Of a stretch of 64,000 nt of DNA, positions 39,972-52,862 are shown piece by piece. The position numbers and the translations under genes were made by a program. Source of the DNA: an uncultured Candidatus Rokubacteria bacterium (GTDB lineage Bacteria; Methylomirabilota; Methylomirabilia; Rokubacteriales; DASRDR01); NCBI GenBank assembly GCA_963805625.1, contig CAWDVE010000021.1, positions 160,001-224,000 of the forward strand. The letters run 5' to 3'. The notes beneath the pieces were generated by a model that saw nothing but the letters and a program-made list of their open reading frames with translations, was not told the DNA's origin and made no database searches. The first letter of the stretch is position 1; each line of letters opens with the position of its first letter.

Positions 39972-40970
39972 TCACGCGAGTGGGAGGGTCGCGTGGGCGT
40001 TGAGCGCGAGGTCGGCCCGCTCGCCCGCGGCCAGGCGCGCGGCGCCGGCGGCGGCGATCATCGCCGCGTTGTCCGTGCAGAGCCGCGGGGGGGGCGCTGT
40101 CCAGCGGTAGCCGCGCTCGGCGCACTCGACCTCGAGGGCCTCGCGCAGGGCGCCATTGGCCGCGACCCCACCGGTGAGCAGAATGCGCCGGATCCCGAGC
40201 TCGCGGGCGGCGCGGATCGCTTTCCGGACGAGCATCTTGACGGCCGTCGCCTGGAACGAGGCGCACACGTCGGCGACGTCCCCGGGAGCCAGGGGCGCGT
40301 GCTGGCGGACGTACTGGCTCACGGCGGTCTTGAGCCCCGAGAACGAGAAGTCCGGCGCGCGGTCCTGGAACTGGGCGAGCGGGAACGCGATGGCCTTCGG
40401 GTCCCCCTCCCGCGCCGTGCGCTCCACCGCGGGGCCACCCGGATACCCCAGCCCGAGGAGCTTCGCGACCTTGTCGAAGGCCTCGCCCGCGGCATCGTCC
40501 CGTGTCTGTCCCACCAGACGGTAGCGGAGCGGGACCTCGCAGGCGTAGAGGGCCGTGTGCCCTCCGGACACGACCAGGGCCAGGAACGGTGGCTCGAGGG
40601 TCGGGTCCGCGAGGCGCCCGGCGAAGATGTGGCCTTCCAGGTGGTTGACCCCGACGAGCGGGAGCCGGTGCGCGTAGGCCAAGGCCTTGGCCACCGAGAG
40701 CCCGACGAGGAGCGAGCCCACCAGGCCGGGGCCGTGGGTCACGGCGATGCCGTCGAGATCCGGAAGCCGCATCCCCGCGTCATCGAGTGCCTGGGCCACG
40801 ACGGGCAGTACAACCTCGAGGTGCCGGCGTGAGGCCAGCTCGGGCACCACGCCCCCGTAGCGGACGTGGATCGGGTCCTGGGACTCGACGACGTTGGACC
40901 GCAGAGTCCCGTCGGCCAGGACGGCCGCGGCCGTCTCGTCACAGGAGCTTTCGATGCCGAGGACGACCAT
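39972..40970 (-). CDS. tsaD: tRNA threonylcarbamoyltransferase
   Basis: LGIESSCDET, GGVVPELASR, HLEGH, DDAAGEAFDK, CTDNAAMIA. Confidence 0.97.
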   Translation of the reverse strand: MVVLGIESSCDETAAAVLADGTLRSNVVESQDPIHVRYGGVVPELASRRHLEVVLPVVAQALDDAGMRLPDLDGIAVTHGPGLVGSLLVGLSVAKALAYAHRLPLVGVNHLEGHIFAGRLADPTLEPPFLALVVSGGHTALYACEVPLRYRLVGQTRDDAAGEAFDKVAKLLGLGYPGGPAVERTAREGDPKAIAFPLAQFQDRAPDFSFSGLKTAVSQYVRQHAPLAPGDVADVCASFQATAVKMLVRKAIRAARELGIRRILLTGGVAANGALREALEVECAERGYRWTAPPPRLCTDNAAMIAAAGAARLAAGERADLALNAHATLPLA

Positions 40971-41047
40971 GCGCGGGACGAGGACCGCCCGGCGGACCGG
41001 GGATCCGCGATCCCGGCCGGCGGCGCGCCCGGCCGGGATCCGTCGCT

Positions 41048-42346
41048 CTAGCCGGCCTTCGCGGTCGGCTTGGTCTTGTCGAGGATCCGGGACGCCTTCA
41101 GGATCTCGATCGCGCGCTGGAGCTGAACGTCCCGCTTCATCTGCTCCGCCTCGGACAGAGGCGGCGCGCCCGGCTTGGTCGCCGCGTCGTCCTTCGGCGG
41201 GTCGATGACGATGTCCGGCGTGATGCCCTTGCCGTGGATGGAGCGGCCCTTCGGCGTGAAGTAGCGCGCGGTGGTGAGCCGGAGCCCCGAGCCGTCCGCG
41301 AGCGGGATGATCGTCTGCACCGACCCCTTGCCGAAGGTCTGTTGCCCGATGACCACGCCGCGGCCATGATCCTGGATCGCCCCCGCCACGATCTCCGACG
41401 CCGATGCCGAACCCTGGTTGACGAGCACCACCAGCGGGACGTCCGTGATCGCGCGCTTCGCGTGGGCGGTGAAGCGCATGTTCTGGTTCCGCACCCGCCC
41501 CTCGGTGTAGACGATCAGCTTGCCGTCGCCGAGAAACTCCTCGGACACCTCGACAGCCGCCGAGAGCAGCCCGCCCGGGTTGTACCGCACGTCCACGATG
41601 AGACCGGCGAGCTTCCCGCCCTTGTCGAACTTCTCGACGGCCGCGACCAGATCCGGCGCCGTCCGCTCCTGGAACTGGCGGATGCGGACGTAGCCGATAC
41701 CGGGCTCGAGCTCCTGGGCCTTGATGCTCTGGACCTGGATGACCTCGCGCATGAGCCCGACCTCGAACGGCTCCCGGGTCCCGTCGCGCACGACCGTGAT
41801 CGTGACCTTCGTCCCCTTGGGCCCGCGCATCTTCTTGACCGCGTCGGCCAGGCTCATGTCCTTGGTCGCGAGTCCCTCGATCTTCACGATGCGGTCGCCC
41901 GGCTGGATCCCCGCCCGCCACGCCGGCGTGCCGTCGATCGGCGCCACGACGGTCAGCACGTCGTCGCGGACCGTGATCTCGATGCCGAGGCCACCGAAGC
42001 TCCCCGAGGTCTCGACCTGCATCTCGCGGTAGCTCTCCGGGTCCATGAACGAGGAGTGCGGATCGAGCGCCCGGAGCATCCCGCGGACGGCGCCGTAGAT
42101 GACCTCGCGCGGCTCGGTCTCATCGACGTACTGGTTCTGGATGATCGACAGCACGTCGGTGAAGAGCTTGAGCTGCTCGTAGGTGGCGCTGCGATCGACG
42201 CCCTTGGACGCGCTGGTGCCGCCTAGCGAGAGCGTCAGCACCGCCAGCACGGCTGCCGTCAGGAACACCTTGCCGACCGGCTTCCCCGCACGCATGGCCG
42301 ACTCCTTCTCCGCGACGACCGAGTCGCGTCGATCCGGGTCGCTCAT
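41048..42346 (-). CDS. ctpA: carboxy-terminal processing protease (S41)
   Basis: LDPHS, PDZ GGLGIEI, DVRYNPGG, SASASEIVAG, TFGKGSVQ, GITPDI. Confidence 0.94.
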   Translation of the reverse strand: MSDPDRRDSVVAEKESAMRAGKPVGKVFLTAAVLAVLTLSLGGTSASKGVDRSATYEQLKLFTDVLSIIQNQYVDETEPREVIYGAVRGMLRALDPHSSFMDPESYREMQVETSGSFGGLGIEITVRDDVLTVVAPIDGTPAWRAGIQPGDRIVKIEGLATKDMSLADAVKKMRGPKGTKVTITVVRDGTREPFEVGLMREVIQVQSIKAQELEPGIGYVRIRQFQERTAPDLVAAVEKFDKGGKLAGLIVDVRYNPGGLLSAAVEVSEEFLGDGKLIVYTEGRVRNQNMRFTAHAKRAITDVPLVVLVNQGSASASEIVAGAIQDHGRGVVIGQQTFGKGSVQTIIPLADGSGLRLTTARYFTPKGRSIHGKGITPDIVIDPPKDDAATKPGAPPLSEAEQMKRDVQLQRAIEILKASRILDKTKPTAKAG

Positions 42347-43578
42347 GGGCGACGCCGGAGCCAGAGCTGGGGGTCCTCCGCCCGGCTCTGGTAACGCACC
42401 TCGAAGTGCAGGCGCGGCCCCTCGACCGATCCGGTCTCGCCGACTCGGCCGATCAACTCGCCGCCCTTCACCTGGTCTCCCTCGTCGACCAGAAGCTGCG
42501 AGGCGTGGGCATAGAGGGTGTAGTAACCGTCCCCGTGATCCAGGACTAAGAGGTTACCATAACCCTTCAGCCAGCCGCGATACGCGACAGCCCCCGCCGC
42601 CACCGCGCGGATCGACGTCCCCTCGGGCGCCTCGATGTCGATGCCGGTGCGAAGGGTCTCGGTCCCGAAGCGCGGATGGGTCTCCCGGCCGAAGCCTGTC
42701 ACGACGCGACCTTCGGTCGGCCACGGGAGCTGGCCCCGCTCCCGCCCCAACCCGACCGCAGGGCTGGGAGTGGGCGCCGGGGTGGCGCGGGCGACCGCGC
42801 GCTGCGCGGGGGCGCGGCGCGCCAGGTTGCGCACCAGCGCCTCGAGCCGCCGCGCGGCGTCGGTCAGCTCCCCCGCCAGGCGCTCGTGCGTGGCGCGGTC
42901 CTCCCGGGTCTCGGAGAGCAGCGTGCGCCGTCGCTCCGCCTGCGCCGCGACCTGCGCCCGCTCCGTGTCCACGGCGCTCCGGAGCTCGACGAGCTCGCGA
43001 CGCGCCCGCGCCGCGGCTTCCTGGCGCGCGGTCAGGCGGTCGGCGGTGGCGTCGTAGCGCGTGAGCCGGTCCAGGTCATCGCGCGCGATTCCGGCCAGGT
43101 CGGCGACTGCGCGCTGACGCGCGAGCGTCGCCGCCCCCACGGCCCAGGGCGGCCCCGCGGGCGCCGTCGCGAGCCGAGCGAGCGTGTCGAGCCGCGCCGA
43201 GAGCGCGGCCTGCTGGCTCACGAGGTCCTCCACCACGCGATCTCGCCGGCCTTCGAGGGCGTCGAGCTCCGCCTCGACCTGGACGATGCGGCGATCGAGC
43301 TGCTGGAGCGCCCCACGCTTCTGGGTGAGGGACCGATCGATGCCCTCGAGCTCCGCGAGGAGCGAGATCTCTCGCCGCCGCGCCGCCGAGGCGCGCTCGC
43401 GAGCCTCGTCGAGTTGGCGGCGCACCTCGCCGAGCGCCTCCTGCTTGGCCTTGAGGTTCTGCCGGCCGGTCGGTGGCGGACCGGCGCGCGCGCTCGGGCC
43501 GGGGAGCTCGGCGCAAAGGCCGGCGAGCGCGAGCACGAGCAGGAGACTGGGAGGGACGCGTCGGCCGGACTGCCTCAC
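42343..43578 (-). CDS. envC: EnvC-like murein hydrolase activator (coiled coil plus degenerate M23/LytM domain)
   Basis: Signal peptide, long coiled coil, GQLPWP, TGIDI, GYGN, YTLYAH, RLHFEVR; follows ftsEX. Confidence 0.88.
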   Translation of the reverse strand: MRQSGRRVPPSLLLVLALAGLCAELPGPSARAGPPPTGRQNLKAKQEALGEVRRQLDEARERASAARRREISLLAELEGIDRSLTQKRGALQQLDRRIVQVEAELDALEGRRDRVVEDLVSQQAALSARLDTLARLATAPAGPPWAVGAATLARQRAVADLAGIARDDLDRLTRYDATADRLTARQEAAARARRELVELRSAVDTERAQVAAQAERRRTLLSETREDRATHERLAGELTDAARRLEALVRNLARRAPAQRAVARATPAPTPSPAVGLGRERGQLPWPTEGRVVTGFGRETHPRFGTETLRTGIDIEAPEGTSIRAVAAGAVAYRGWLKGYGNLLVLDHGDGYYTLYAHASQLLVDEGDQVKGGELIGRVGETGSVEGPRLHFEVRYQSRAEDPQLWLRRRP

Positions 43579-43589
43579 GTCCGCCCCGA

Positions 43590-44465
43590 TCAGGCGCGGC
43601 CGGCCGCGAGGGCGCCGACCAGCCCGAGCGCCGCCCCACCGCCGGTCAGGGTCGCCAGCCAGGAGGGCGGGAGGAGCGGGAGAGGATCGAGCCCCAGGAC
43701 CGCGCGGAGCCAGCTCCCGGTCCAGGGCGCGCCGGGCTCGGAGGCGAGGAGCAGCACCGCGAGCCCGAGGAGCGAGCCGAGCGCCGCCAGACCCACGCCC
43801 TGGAGCACGGGCGGCGCCGCCAGGCGGAGCTCCGGCACGCCGGCGAGGCGCAGAATGCTCACCTCCGCGGCACCCGCCCGCCGCGCGGCCAAGGTCGCTC
43901 CGGCGGCCCCGCTGAGCGCCGCGAGCCCGAGGACGGCGCCCAGGGCGAGGCCCCCGAGGCGAAACCCGCGCCGGAGCCGCTCGAGTGGCTCCACCCAACC
44001 GAGGGCCGCTTGCACCTCGGTCACCCCCGGCAGCCGATCGAGCGTCTCGACGAGCGCCTGGAGGTTATCGGCACCCATCGTCGTCGCCGGGGTGACCTCG
44101 AGCCGGGCGGGCAGCGGGTTCGACGGGAGGTGGTCCAGACCGTCCCCGCGCGGGCCGAGCAGGCGGCGGAGCTCGGCCAACGCCACTGCGGGCCCGACGT
44201 ATCGAACCTCCGCAACCCCCGGCAGGGCACGGGCTCGCGCGACGATACCGTCCGGCGCCTCCGGCCGAGTGCCCGCATCCCGCAGCACGACCACCAACTG
44301 GAGCTCTGCGCGCCACGCGGCCTCGGACAGGCCGAGCGCGAGATCTCCGGCCAGCGTTCCGCCCACCACGAGAACGGCAAGCGCGGAGAGCAGCACCGCG
44401 GCCGCGGCGGTCGCGCCGCCTCGCCGGCAGCCCCGGAGCGTCGCCCCGAGGAGGTAGCTAGACAG
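43590..44465 (-). CDS. ftsX: FtsX-like permease, divergent (start non-canonical)
   Basis: Between ftsE and envC; N-terminal TM, periplasmic NPLPARLEV, EVSILRLAG; no ATG/GTG near the expected start. Confidence 0.8.
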   Translation of the reverse strand: MSSYLLGATLRGCRRGGATAAAAVLLSALAVLVVGGTLAGDLALGLSEAAWRAELQLVVVLRDAGTRPEAPDGIVARARALPGVAEVRYVGPAVALAELRRLLGPRGDGLDHLPSNPLPARLEVTPATTMGADNLQALVETLDRLPGVTEVQAALGWVEPLERLRRGFRLGGLALGAVLGLAALSGAAGATLAARRAGAAEVSILRLAGVPELRLAAPPVLQGVGLAALGSLLGLAVLLLASEPGAPWTGSWLRAVLGLDPLPLLPPSWLATLTGGGAALGLVGALAAGRA

Positions 44466-45138
44466 GATCGCCCTCGGGTCGGAGCCGCCCCGCTGCGAGC
44501 TGGAGCACCCGCCCGTCGAGCGCGCGGGCAAGCTCGATCGACTGGGTCGCGACCAGGCACGTGGTCCCTCGCAGCGGCAGACTCCGCAGGAGCATCCCCA
44601 CCATTGCGGACGCCGGCGCGTCGAGCATCGCCGTGGGCTCGTCGGCGAGCAAGAGCCGCGGCCGGGTCGCCAGGGCGCGGGCGAGCAGCACCCGCCGGCG
44701 TTCACCGACGGCGAGCTCGTGGGGGAGCGCGTTCCGCGCTGAGCCGAGCCCGACCTCGACCAAGGTGGCGAGGGCGCGTTCGCGCGCCTCCGCCCACCCC
44801 GTGCCGAGCGCGCGCAGGACGAAGGTCAGGTTGCCGAGCGCGGTCCGGTCCGGGAGGAGATGGCCGTCCTGGCAGACGACACCGAGGCTCCGGCGCAACC
44901 GGGCTAGGCCGCGCGCCCCGAGCGTTCCTACCTCCGTCCCGTCCACAAGCACGGTGCCTCGCGTCGGGCGCTCCTCACCGGTGACGAGGCGGAGCAGGGT
45001 CGACTTGCCAGCGCCAACCGGACCGACCAGGACGGCCAGCTCGGTCGGCTTGACCTCGAAGGAGAGGTCCGCCAGCGCCTCGACGCGCCCGCCCGCCGCG
45101 CGCCCGTAGACCTTGGAGACGCTACGGAGCTCCAGCAT
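44458..45138 (-). CDS. ftsE: FtsE-like ABC ATPase with degenerate motifs
   Basis: GPVGAGKST, LRRSLGVVCQD, LLADEPT. Signature reads LAVGE and the H-switch reads VATQ. Perfect TATAAT at 45152-45157. Confidence 0.85.
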   Translation of the reverse strand: MLELRSVSKVYGRAAGGRVEALADLSFEVKPTELAVLVGPVGAGKSTLLRLVTGEERPTRGTVLVDGTEVGTLGARGLARLRRSLGVVCQDGHLLPDRTALGNLTFVLRALGTGWAEARERALATLVEVGLGSARNALPHELAVGERRRVLLARALATRPRLLLADEPTAMLDAPASAMVGMLLRSLPLRGTTCLVATQSIELARALDGRVLQLAAGRLRPEGDPV

Positions 45139-45241
45139 GGGGCCCACGGTCATTATAGGAACCGGGGTCCGCGGGCCCGCCGGCTTTTCTCGAGCCTGGT
45201 CCGACGGGGCCTCGCCGGAGGCGGGGTGGCGACGGCTCGGG

Positions 45242-46693
45242 TCAGCCGGCGCCAAGGCGCTCGGCGAGCAGCCGGTTGACGACCTGGGGATTGGCCTTCC
45301 CCTGGGTAGCCTTCATGACCTGGCCCACGAGGAAGCCCGCCGCCTGCTTCTTGCCCCGGCGGTAGTCGCCGACCACGCTCGGATGGGCGGCCACGACCTC
45401 GTCGATCACCCGGCCGATGGCGCCTTCGTCGGCGACCTGGCGGAGACCCTCCCGGCGCACGATCGCGTCAGGCTCCTCGCCGGTCCGGGCCATCCGCTCG
45501 AAGAGCTCCTTGGCCATCTTCCCGCTGATGGTCCCCTCGTCGACCAGCGCGATCAGCCGTGCGAGCGACGCGGGGCGCACGGGGAAGGTCACGACGGCTG
45601 CCGGGTCCCCCTTGAGCTCGCGCAGGAGCTCGGACCCGATCCAGTTCGCCAGGGCCTTCGGGTTCGCGTGGACGCGCACGGCCTCCTCGAAGTAGTCGGC
45701 GAGCGCCCGGTCGCCCGTCAGGAGCTCCGCGTCATGGAGCGGGAGACCGTACTCCCCCACGAGACGCTGGCGGCGCGCGCGGGGGAGCTCGGGCAGCTCG
45801 CGCTCGATCGCGGCGACCCAGGCCGCCTCGGGCTCCACGGGAACCAGGTCGGGGTCGGGGAAGTATCGGTAGTCATGCGCGTACTCCTTCGAGCGCATCG
45901 ACACGGTGACGTCCCGCTCCGGATTCCACAGACGCGTCTCCTGGACGACCCGCTCGCCCCGATTGAGCGCACGGGCCTGGCGCGCGGCCTCGTGCTCGAG
46001 GGCGTCCCGCACGTGGCGGAAGGAGTTCATGTTCTTGATCTCGACCTTCGTTCCGAGCTCGGTCGCCCCGTTCCGCCGGACCGACACGTTGGCGTCGCAG
46101 CGGAGCGAGCCCGCCTCCATGTTCCCGTCGCAGACCCCGAGATACCGGAGGATGGTCCGGAGGCTCCGCAGGTACTCGGCCGCCTCCACCGGGGACCGGA
46201 GATCCGGTCGCGAGACGATCTCCATGAGGGGGACTCCGGCTCGGTTGAAGTCGACCAGGCTCGCGCTCGCCGTCTCGAACACGCCGCCCTCGTGCGTGAG
46301 CTTGCCGACGTCCTCCTCCAGGTGCAGGCGCTCGATCCCGATGCGGCGCACCGCGCCGTCGAGCTCGATCTCCAGCCAGCCGTCCTCGGCCAGCGGCGCC
46401 TCGTACTGGCTGATCTGGTAGTTCTTCGGCATGTCGGGATAGAAGTAGTGCTTCCGGGCAAAGCGGCACACGCCGTTGATCCGGCAGTGGAGCGCGCGGG
46501 CGGTGCGGACGCCGAACTCGATGGCGCGGCGGTTGATGACCGGCAGGACGCCCGGCATGCCCTGGCAGACGGGGCACGTCTGGTGATTCGGCGGCGCGCC
46601 AAAGGCCGTGGCGCAGCCGCAGAACATCTTCGAGCGCGTCAGGAGCTGCGCGTGGACCTCGAGGCCAATCACCGTCTCCCAGGCGGAGCTCAT
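45242..46693 (-). CDS. gatB: Asp/Glu-tRNA amidotransferase subunit B
   Basis: [42 protein letters not shown]. Confidence 0.98.
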   Translation of the reverse strand: MSSAWETVIGLEVHAQLLTRSKMFCGCATAFGAPPNHQTCPVCQGMPGVLPVINRRAIEFGVRTARALHCRINGVCRFARKHYFYPDMPKNYQISQYEAPLAEDGWLEIELDGAVRRIGIERLHLEEDVGKLTHEGGVFETASASLVDFNRAGVPLMEIVSRPDLRSPVEAAEYLRSLRTILRYLGVCDGNMEAGSLRCDANVSVRRNGATELGTKVEIKNMNSFRHVRDALEHEAARQARALNRGERVVQETRLWNPERDVTVSMRSKEYAHDYRYFPDPDLVPVEPEAAWVAAIERELPELPRARRQRLVGEYGLPLHDAELLTGDRALADYFEEAVRVHANPKALANWIGSELLRELKGDPAAVVTFPVRPASLARLIALVDEGTISGKMAKELFERMARTGEEPDAIVRREGLRQVADEGAIGRVIDEVVAAHPSVVGDYRRGKKQAAGFLVGQVMKATQGKANPQVVNRLLAERLGAG

Positions 46694-48180
46694 GTCGGGT
46701 GCGCACCGGGGACGGGCGCCAGCTCCGGCCGGCGCCGCTGCGCGCCCGAGGCCGCCTCGTAGGCGCCCGCCACACGGAAGAGCGTGGCCTCGTCGAAGGG
46801 CTTGGCGATGACCTGGAGCCCGATCGGGAGCCCGGCGAGCGAGAACCCGCACGGGACCGAAATCGCCGGCACGCCGGCCAGCGGCGCCGGGATCGTGAAC
46901 ACGTCGTTTAGGTACATCGCGATAGGGTTGTCGGTCTTCTCGCCGATCTTGAAGGCGGGCGTCGGCGCCGTCGGCGACACGATCGCATCAACCTCGGCAA
47001 AGGCCCGCTCGAAGTCTCGGCGGATCAGCGTGCGGACGCGCTGGGCCTTCGCGTAGTAGGCATCGTAGTAGCCGGCCGACAGCACGTAGGTGCCCAGCAT
47101 GATGCGGCGCCGCACCTCCGGGCCGAAGCCTGCCGCCCGCGTGCCCGCGGTCATGGAGACGAGGTCCCGACCGTCGGCCACCCGGAGCCCGTACTTGACC
47201 CCATCGTACCGGGCGAGGTTCGACGACGCCTCCGCCGGCGCCACGATGTAGTAGGTGGCTACCCCGGCGTTGGTGTGAGGGAGCGACACCCGGCGGGTCC
47301 GGGCGCCAGACCGCTCCAGGACCCGGATGGCGTCGCGCACCGCGTGCTCGACCTCCGGGTCGAGCCCGGCGACGAAGTACTCGTCCGGGATGCCGAGGGT
47401 GAGGCCCTCGACGCCCTGGCCCAGGGCGGCCTGATAGTCGCCGACCGGCTCGGCCGCCGCGGTCGAGTCCAGCGGGTCCGCCCCGGCGATGGTCTCGAGC
47501 AGGAGCGCGGCGTCGCGGACGTCCTTGGCGAGGGGCCCCACCTGGTCGAGCGACGAGGCGAACGCGATCAGCCCGTAGCGCGAGACCCGGCCGTAGGTCG
47601 GCTTGAGCCCCACGACCCCGCAGAGGGCGGCGGGCTGCCGCACCGAGCCGCCGGTATCGGTGCCGAGGCCGCCGGCCGCGAGGTCCGCCGCCACGGCCGC
47701 CGCGGACCCGCCCGACGAACCGCCCGGGACCCGGTCGAGACCCCAGGGGTTGCGGGTCACGTGGAAGCCGGAGTTCTCCGTCGAGGAGCCCATCGCGAAC
47801 TCGTCGCAGTTGGTCTTGCCGAGGACGATGGCGCCGTCGCCGGCCAGGCGCACGATGGCGGTCGCGTCGTACGGGGGAACGAAGCCCTCGAGGATGCGGG
47901 AACCGCAGGTAGTGCGGAGGCCGCGCGTGCAGAGCACGTCCTTGATCGCGAGCGGCACCCCCTCGAGAGGCCGCAGTGGGTCCCCGCGCCGGAGCCGCTC
48001 GTCCACCGCATCGGCCTGGGTCCGCGCCGGCCCCGCCGCAACCGTCAGGTACGCGCCCAGCGTCTCGTTCAGCCGCGCGATGCGCCCGAGGTAGGCGTCG
48101 ATCAGGGCCCGCGCCGTGACGCGCCCGTCCCGCAATGCCTTCACCGTCTCGTGGATGGTGAGCCCGGTCCAGTCGGTCAC
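46690..48180 (-). CDS. gatA: Asp/Glu-tRNA amidotransferase subunit A
   Basis: [50 protein letters not shown]. Confidence 0.98.
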   Translation of the reverse strand: MTDWTGLTIHETVKALRDGRVTARALIDAYLGRIARLNETLGAYLTVAAGPARTQADAVDERLRRGDPLRPLEGVPLAIKDVLCTRGLRTTCGSRILEGFVPPYDATAIVRLAGDGAIVLGKTNCDEFAMGSSTENSGFHVTRNPWGLDRVPGGSSGGSAAAVAADLAAGGLGTDTGGSVRQPAALCGVVGLKPTYGRVSRYGLIAFASSLDQVGPLAKDVRDAALLLETIAGADPLDSTAAAEPVGDYQAALGQGVEGLTLGIPDEYFVAGLDPEVEHAVRDAIRVLERSGARTRRVSLPHTNAGVATYYIVAPAEASSNLARYDGVKYGLRVADGRDLVSMTAGTRAAGFGPEVRRRIMLGTYVLSAGYYDAYYAKAQRVRTLIRRDFERAFAEVDAIVSPTAPTPAFKIGEKTDNPIAMYLNDVFTIPAPLAGVPAISVPCGFSLAGLPIGLQVIAKPFDEATLFRVAGAYEAASGAQRRRPELAPVPGAHPT

Positions 48181-48184
48181 CGGC

Positions 48185-48484
48185 TCACTCCTCGAGGATA
48201 CGCGGCACCCGGAACTGCCCGTCCTGCGCGTCGGGCGCGTTCGCGAGCATGGCGTCCGCCGGATACGAAGGCCGCACCTCGTCGTCCCGCATGACGTTCA
48301 CGAGCAGGAGGACGTGGGCGGTGGGCTCGACGCCCGCCGTGTCGACGCGGCGGAGCTGCTCGACGTAGCCAAGGATCGCGTCGAGCTGGCTCCGCATCCG
48401 ATCCTTCTCGTCGGCACCCAGGGCGAGCCGCGCGAGTCGCGCGACGTGCTCGACCTCGGCCAGCGTGATCTTCACGTCGCTCAT
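48185..48484 (-). CDS. gatC: Asp/Glu-tRNA amidotransferase subunit C
   Basis: [33 protein letters not shown]. Confidence 0.96.
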   Translation of the reverse strand: MSDVKITLAEVEHVARLARLALGADEKDRMRSQLDAILGYVEQLRRVDTAGVEPTAHVLLLVNVMRDDEVRPSYPADAMLANAPDAQDGQFRVPRILEE

Positions 48485-48616
48485 AGTCGCCCTCGTGGCG
48501 GACCGATCGATCGGGGTGACGCCGGATCGCCCGGTGCGGCCGACCCGGGTACGGGACCCGGCCCGGCACGGGCCGCCCGGAGGCGGCAGCACCCGCAGGC
48601 CGGGCGTGCCCCGAGT

Positions 48617-50836
48617 CTACACCTCTTCGAGCGGGGCGTACTTCAGGAGGAGCCGCTTTCGGCCGACCGAGGCGAAGTTCACGGTGACCACGACGTCCCC
48701 GCCGTCCTTCTGGATGCCGGTGAGGATCCCATCGCCCCAGCCCGCGTGCCGGACGCGCGCCCCGACGCGAAACGGATACTCGTCGGCCGGGTCGGGGCCA
48801 GGATCCGGCCCGGGCTCCGACACGCGTCCGGGCCACGCCGCCGGCCGACCGAGGCCGGCCTCCGCGCGCCGGCTGCCGATCGGTACGACGGCGTCGGCCG
48901 GCATCTCGAGAAGAAAGCGTGAGGGCTCGCGCAGGCCCGCGTAGCCGCCGAGGCGGCGCTCTCCCGCGTACGACAGGAAGAGCCGCTCCTTCGCACGGGT
49001 GAGGCCCACGTATGCCAGCCGGCGCTCCTCCTCGATCCCGTCCTCGTCGTCCAGGGCGCGGCCGTGAGGGAAGACTCCCTCCTCCAACCCGGTGAGGAAC
49101 ACCGCGGGAAACTCGAGCCCCTTGGCCGAGTGAAGCGTCATCAGCGTGGCGGTGGGGCGCGCTTCCTGAAGCTCGTCCACGTCCGCGATCAAGGTGACGG
49201 AGTCCAGGAACCCCGCGAGGCCGCCGCCTTCCGGACGCGCGGCGAACTCCTCGGCGGCGACGATCAGCTCGTCCAGGTTCTCGAGCCGGCTCTCGGCCTC
49301 GGCCGTGCTCTCCCGGCGGAGGGCCTCGCGGAGCCCGGTGCCGTCAACGATCGTCGCCACCCGCTCGCCGAGCGGCCCCGGCGCGGCCGCCGCCGCCGTG
49401 AGCTGTCCGACCAGGCGCACGAATTCCCCGAGCGCGCGGCCGGCCCGGCCCCCGATCTCCGCGGACGCGCGTGCCGCCGTGGCCAGAAGCGGCGCCCCGG
49501 CGGCCGCCGCGAGTTCCTCGAGGCGGCCGAGCGTGGTCCGCCCGATCCCGCGCGGCGGAGCACCCAGGGCGCGTCGGAAGGCGAGGTCGTCCGCGGGGTT
49601 CGTGACGAGCCGGAGGTACGCGAGGGCGTCCTTGATCTCCCGCCGCTCGTAGAAGCGGACGCTGCCCACGATGTGGTAGGGGAGGCCCGCCACCCGGAAG
49701 GCGTCCTCCAGCACGCGGGACTGGGCGTTCGTCCGGTAGAGCACCGCGACGCCGTCGAGCGGCTGGCCGTCCCCGCGCAACTCGGCCACGGTCCGCGCTA
49801 CCCACAGCGCCTCCTCGGTCTCGTCCCGGGCCCGGAAGAGCCGCGCCGCTTCACCGCGCACGTTCTCGGTCCAGAGGCTCTTCTCCTTCCGCGCCTGGTT
49901 GTGCGCGATCACGGCCGCGGCGATCTCGAGGATCCGGCCCGTCGAGCGGTAGTTCTGCTCAAGGCGGACGACGCGACACCCCGGAAAGTCCCGCTCGAAG
50001 TCCAGGATGTTCCGGAGGTCCGCACCCCGGAACCGGTAGATGGACTGGTCGGGATCGCCGACGACGCAGAGATTCCGGTGGACGGCGGTGAGCTGGCGCA
50101 GGATTCGATACTGGGCGGCGTTGGTGTCCTGGTACTCGTCGACGAGGACGTACCGCCAGAGGTCCCGGTAGTAGTCGAGGACGTCCGGGTGCCGCGTGAA
50201 GAGCTCGACCGTCAAGCCCAGGAGGTCGTCGAAGTCGACCGCGCCCAGGGCCCGGAGCCGGGCCGCGTACCGAGTGTAGAGCCGCGCCACGTCGGCCTCG
50301 CGCGGCCCCCGCACGGTCTCCTCGACCGCCTCGGGGCCGAGGAGCTGGTTCTTGGCGCGCGAGATCCGGGCGATCGCCGCCGCCGGGCCGAGCACCCGCT
50401 CGTCGAGCCCGAGCTCCTTGTAGCACTCCCGCACGAGCGCGAGCCGGTCGTCCTCGTCGTAGATCACGAACGACCGGGGATACCCCAAGTGGTGGATCTC
50501 GGCCCGGAGCACGCGCGCGCACGTGGCGTGGAAGGTGGCGACCAGCGGGGGACGCCCGCGGCCGGGACGGGCGGCGAGAATCGCCGCCACGCGCTGCGCC
50601 ATCTCGCCGGCGGCCTTGTTCGTGAACGTGACAGCCAGGATCTGCCGCGGGTCCACGCCGCGGGCCACCAGGTACGCGATCCGCTGCGCGATGACGCGGG
50701 TCTTGCCGCTGCCCGCCCCGGCCAGAACGAGCAGGGGCCCGTCCACATGGAGGACCGCTTCCTGCTGGACCGGGTTCATCCCGGCGAGCAGCGCCGCGAC
50801 ATCGGGCTGGTCGTGGAGGTCTCGCGGCTCGACCAT
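48617..50836 (-). CDS. pcrA: UvrD/PcrA family ATP-dependent DNA helicase
   Basis: AGAGSGKT, TFTNKAA, DEYQDTN, LEQNYRS, TLHSAKGLEF, EERRLAYV and C-terminal Tudor-like domain GARVRHAGWGDG. Confidence 0.95.
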   Translation of the reverse strand: MVEPRDLHDQPDVAALLAGMNPVQQEAVLHVDGPLLVLAGAGSGKTRVIAQRIAYLVARGVDPRQILAVTFTNKAAGEMAQRVAAILAARPGRGRPPLVATFHATCARVLRAEIHHLGYPRSFVIYDEDDRLALVRECYKELGLDERVLGPAAAIARISRAKNQLLGPEAVEETVRGPREADVARLYTRYAARLRALGAVDFDDLLGLTVELFTRHPDVLDYYRDLWRYVLVDEYQDTNAAQYRILRQLTAVHRNLCVVGDPDQSIYRFRGADLRNILDFERDFPGCRVVRLEQNYRSTGRILEIAAAVIAHNQARKEKSLWTENVRGEAARLFRARDETEEALWVARTVAELRGDGQPLDGVAVLYRTNAQSRVLEDAFRVAGLPYHIVGSVRFYERREIKDALAYLRLVTNPADDLAFRRALGAPPRGIGRTTLGRLEELAAAAGAPLLATAARASAEIGGRAGRALGEFVRLVGQLTAAAAAPGPLGERVATIVDGTGLREALRRESTAEAESRLENLDELIVAAEEFAARPEGGGLAGFLDSVTLIADVDELQEARPTATLMTLHSAKGLEFPAVFLTGLEEGVFPHGRALDDEDGIEEERRLAYVGLTRAKERLFLSYAGERRLGGYAGLREPSRFLLEMPADAVVPIGSRRAEAGLGRPAAWPGRVSEPGPDPGPDPADEYPFRVGARVRHAGWGDGILTGIQKDGGDVVVTVNFASVGRKRLLLKYAPLEEV

Positions 50837-50971
50837 CAGGAGTGTTTCGCGACGGCCCGACGCCGGAGCGAGATGGGCGCGTCTCCCGAGCGGTCACCGG
50901 CCGACACACGAAGGCTCACGAGGAGCCAGAGTACACCGGAAGCGCAGGCGCCGAGCGGACGCGCGCGCCGG

Positions 50972-52810
<1,839 letters not shown>

Positions 52811-52862
52811 CGCGCCATCACCTCACTCGGAGTGTCTTACCGCTGCTGCATCGCCGAGGATA

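Noticed and set aside
42343-42760. M23 domain missing zinc-ligand histidines
   Set aside because: Expected for EnvC-type non-catalytic activators.
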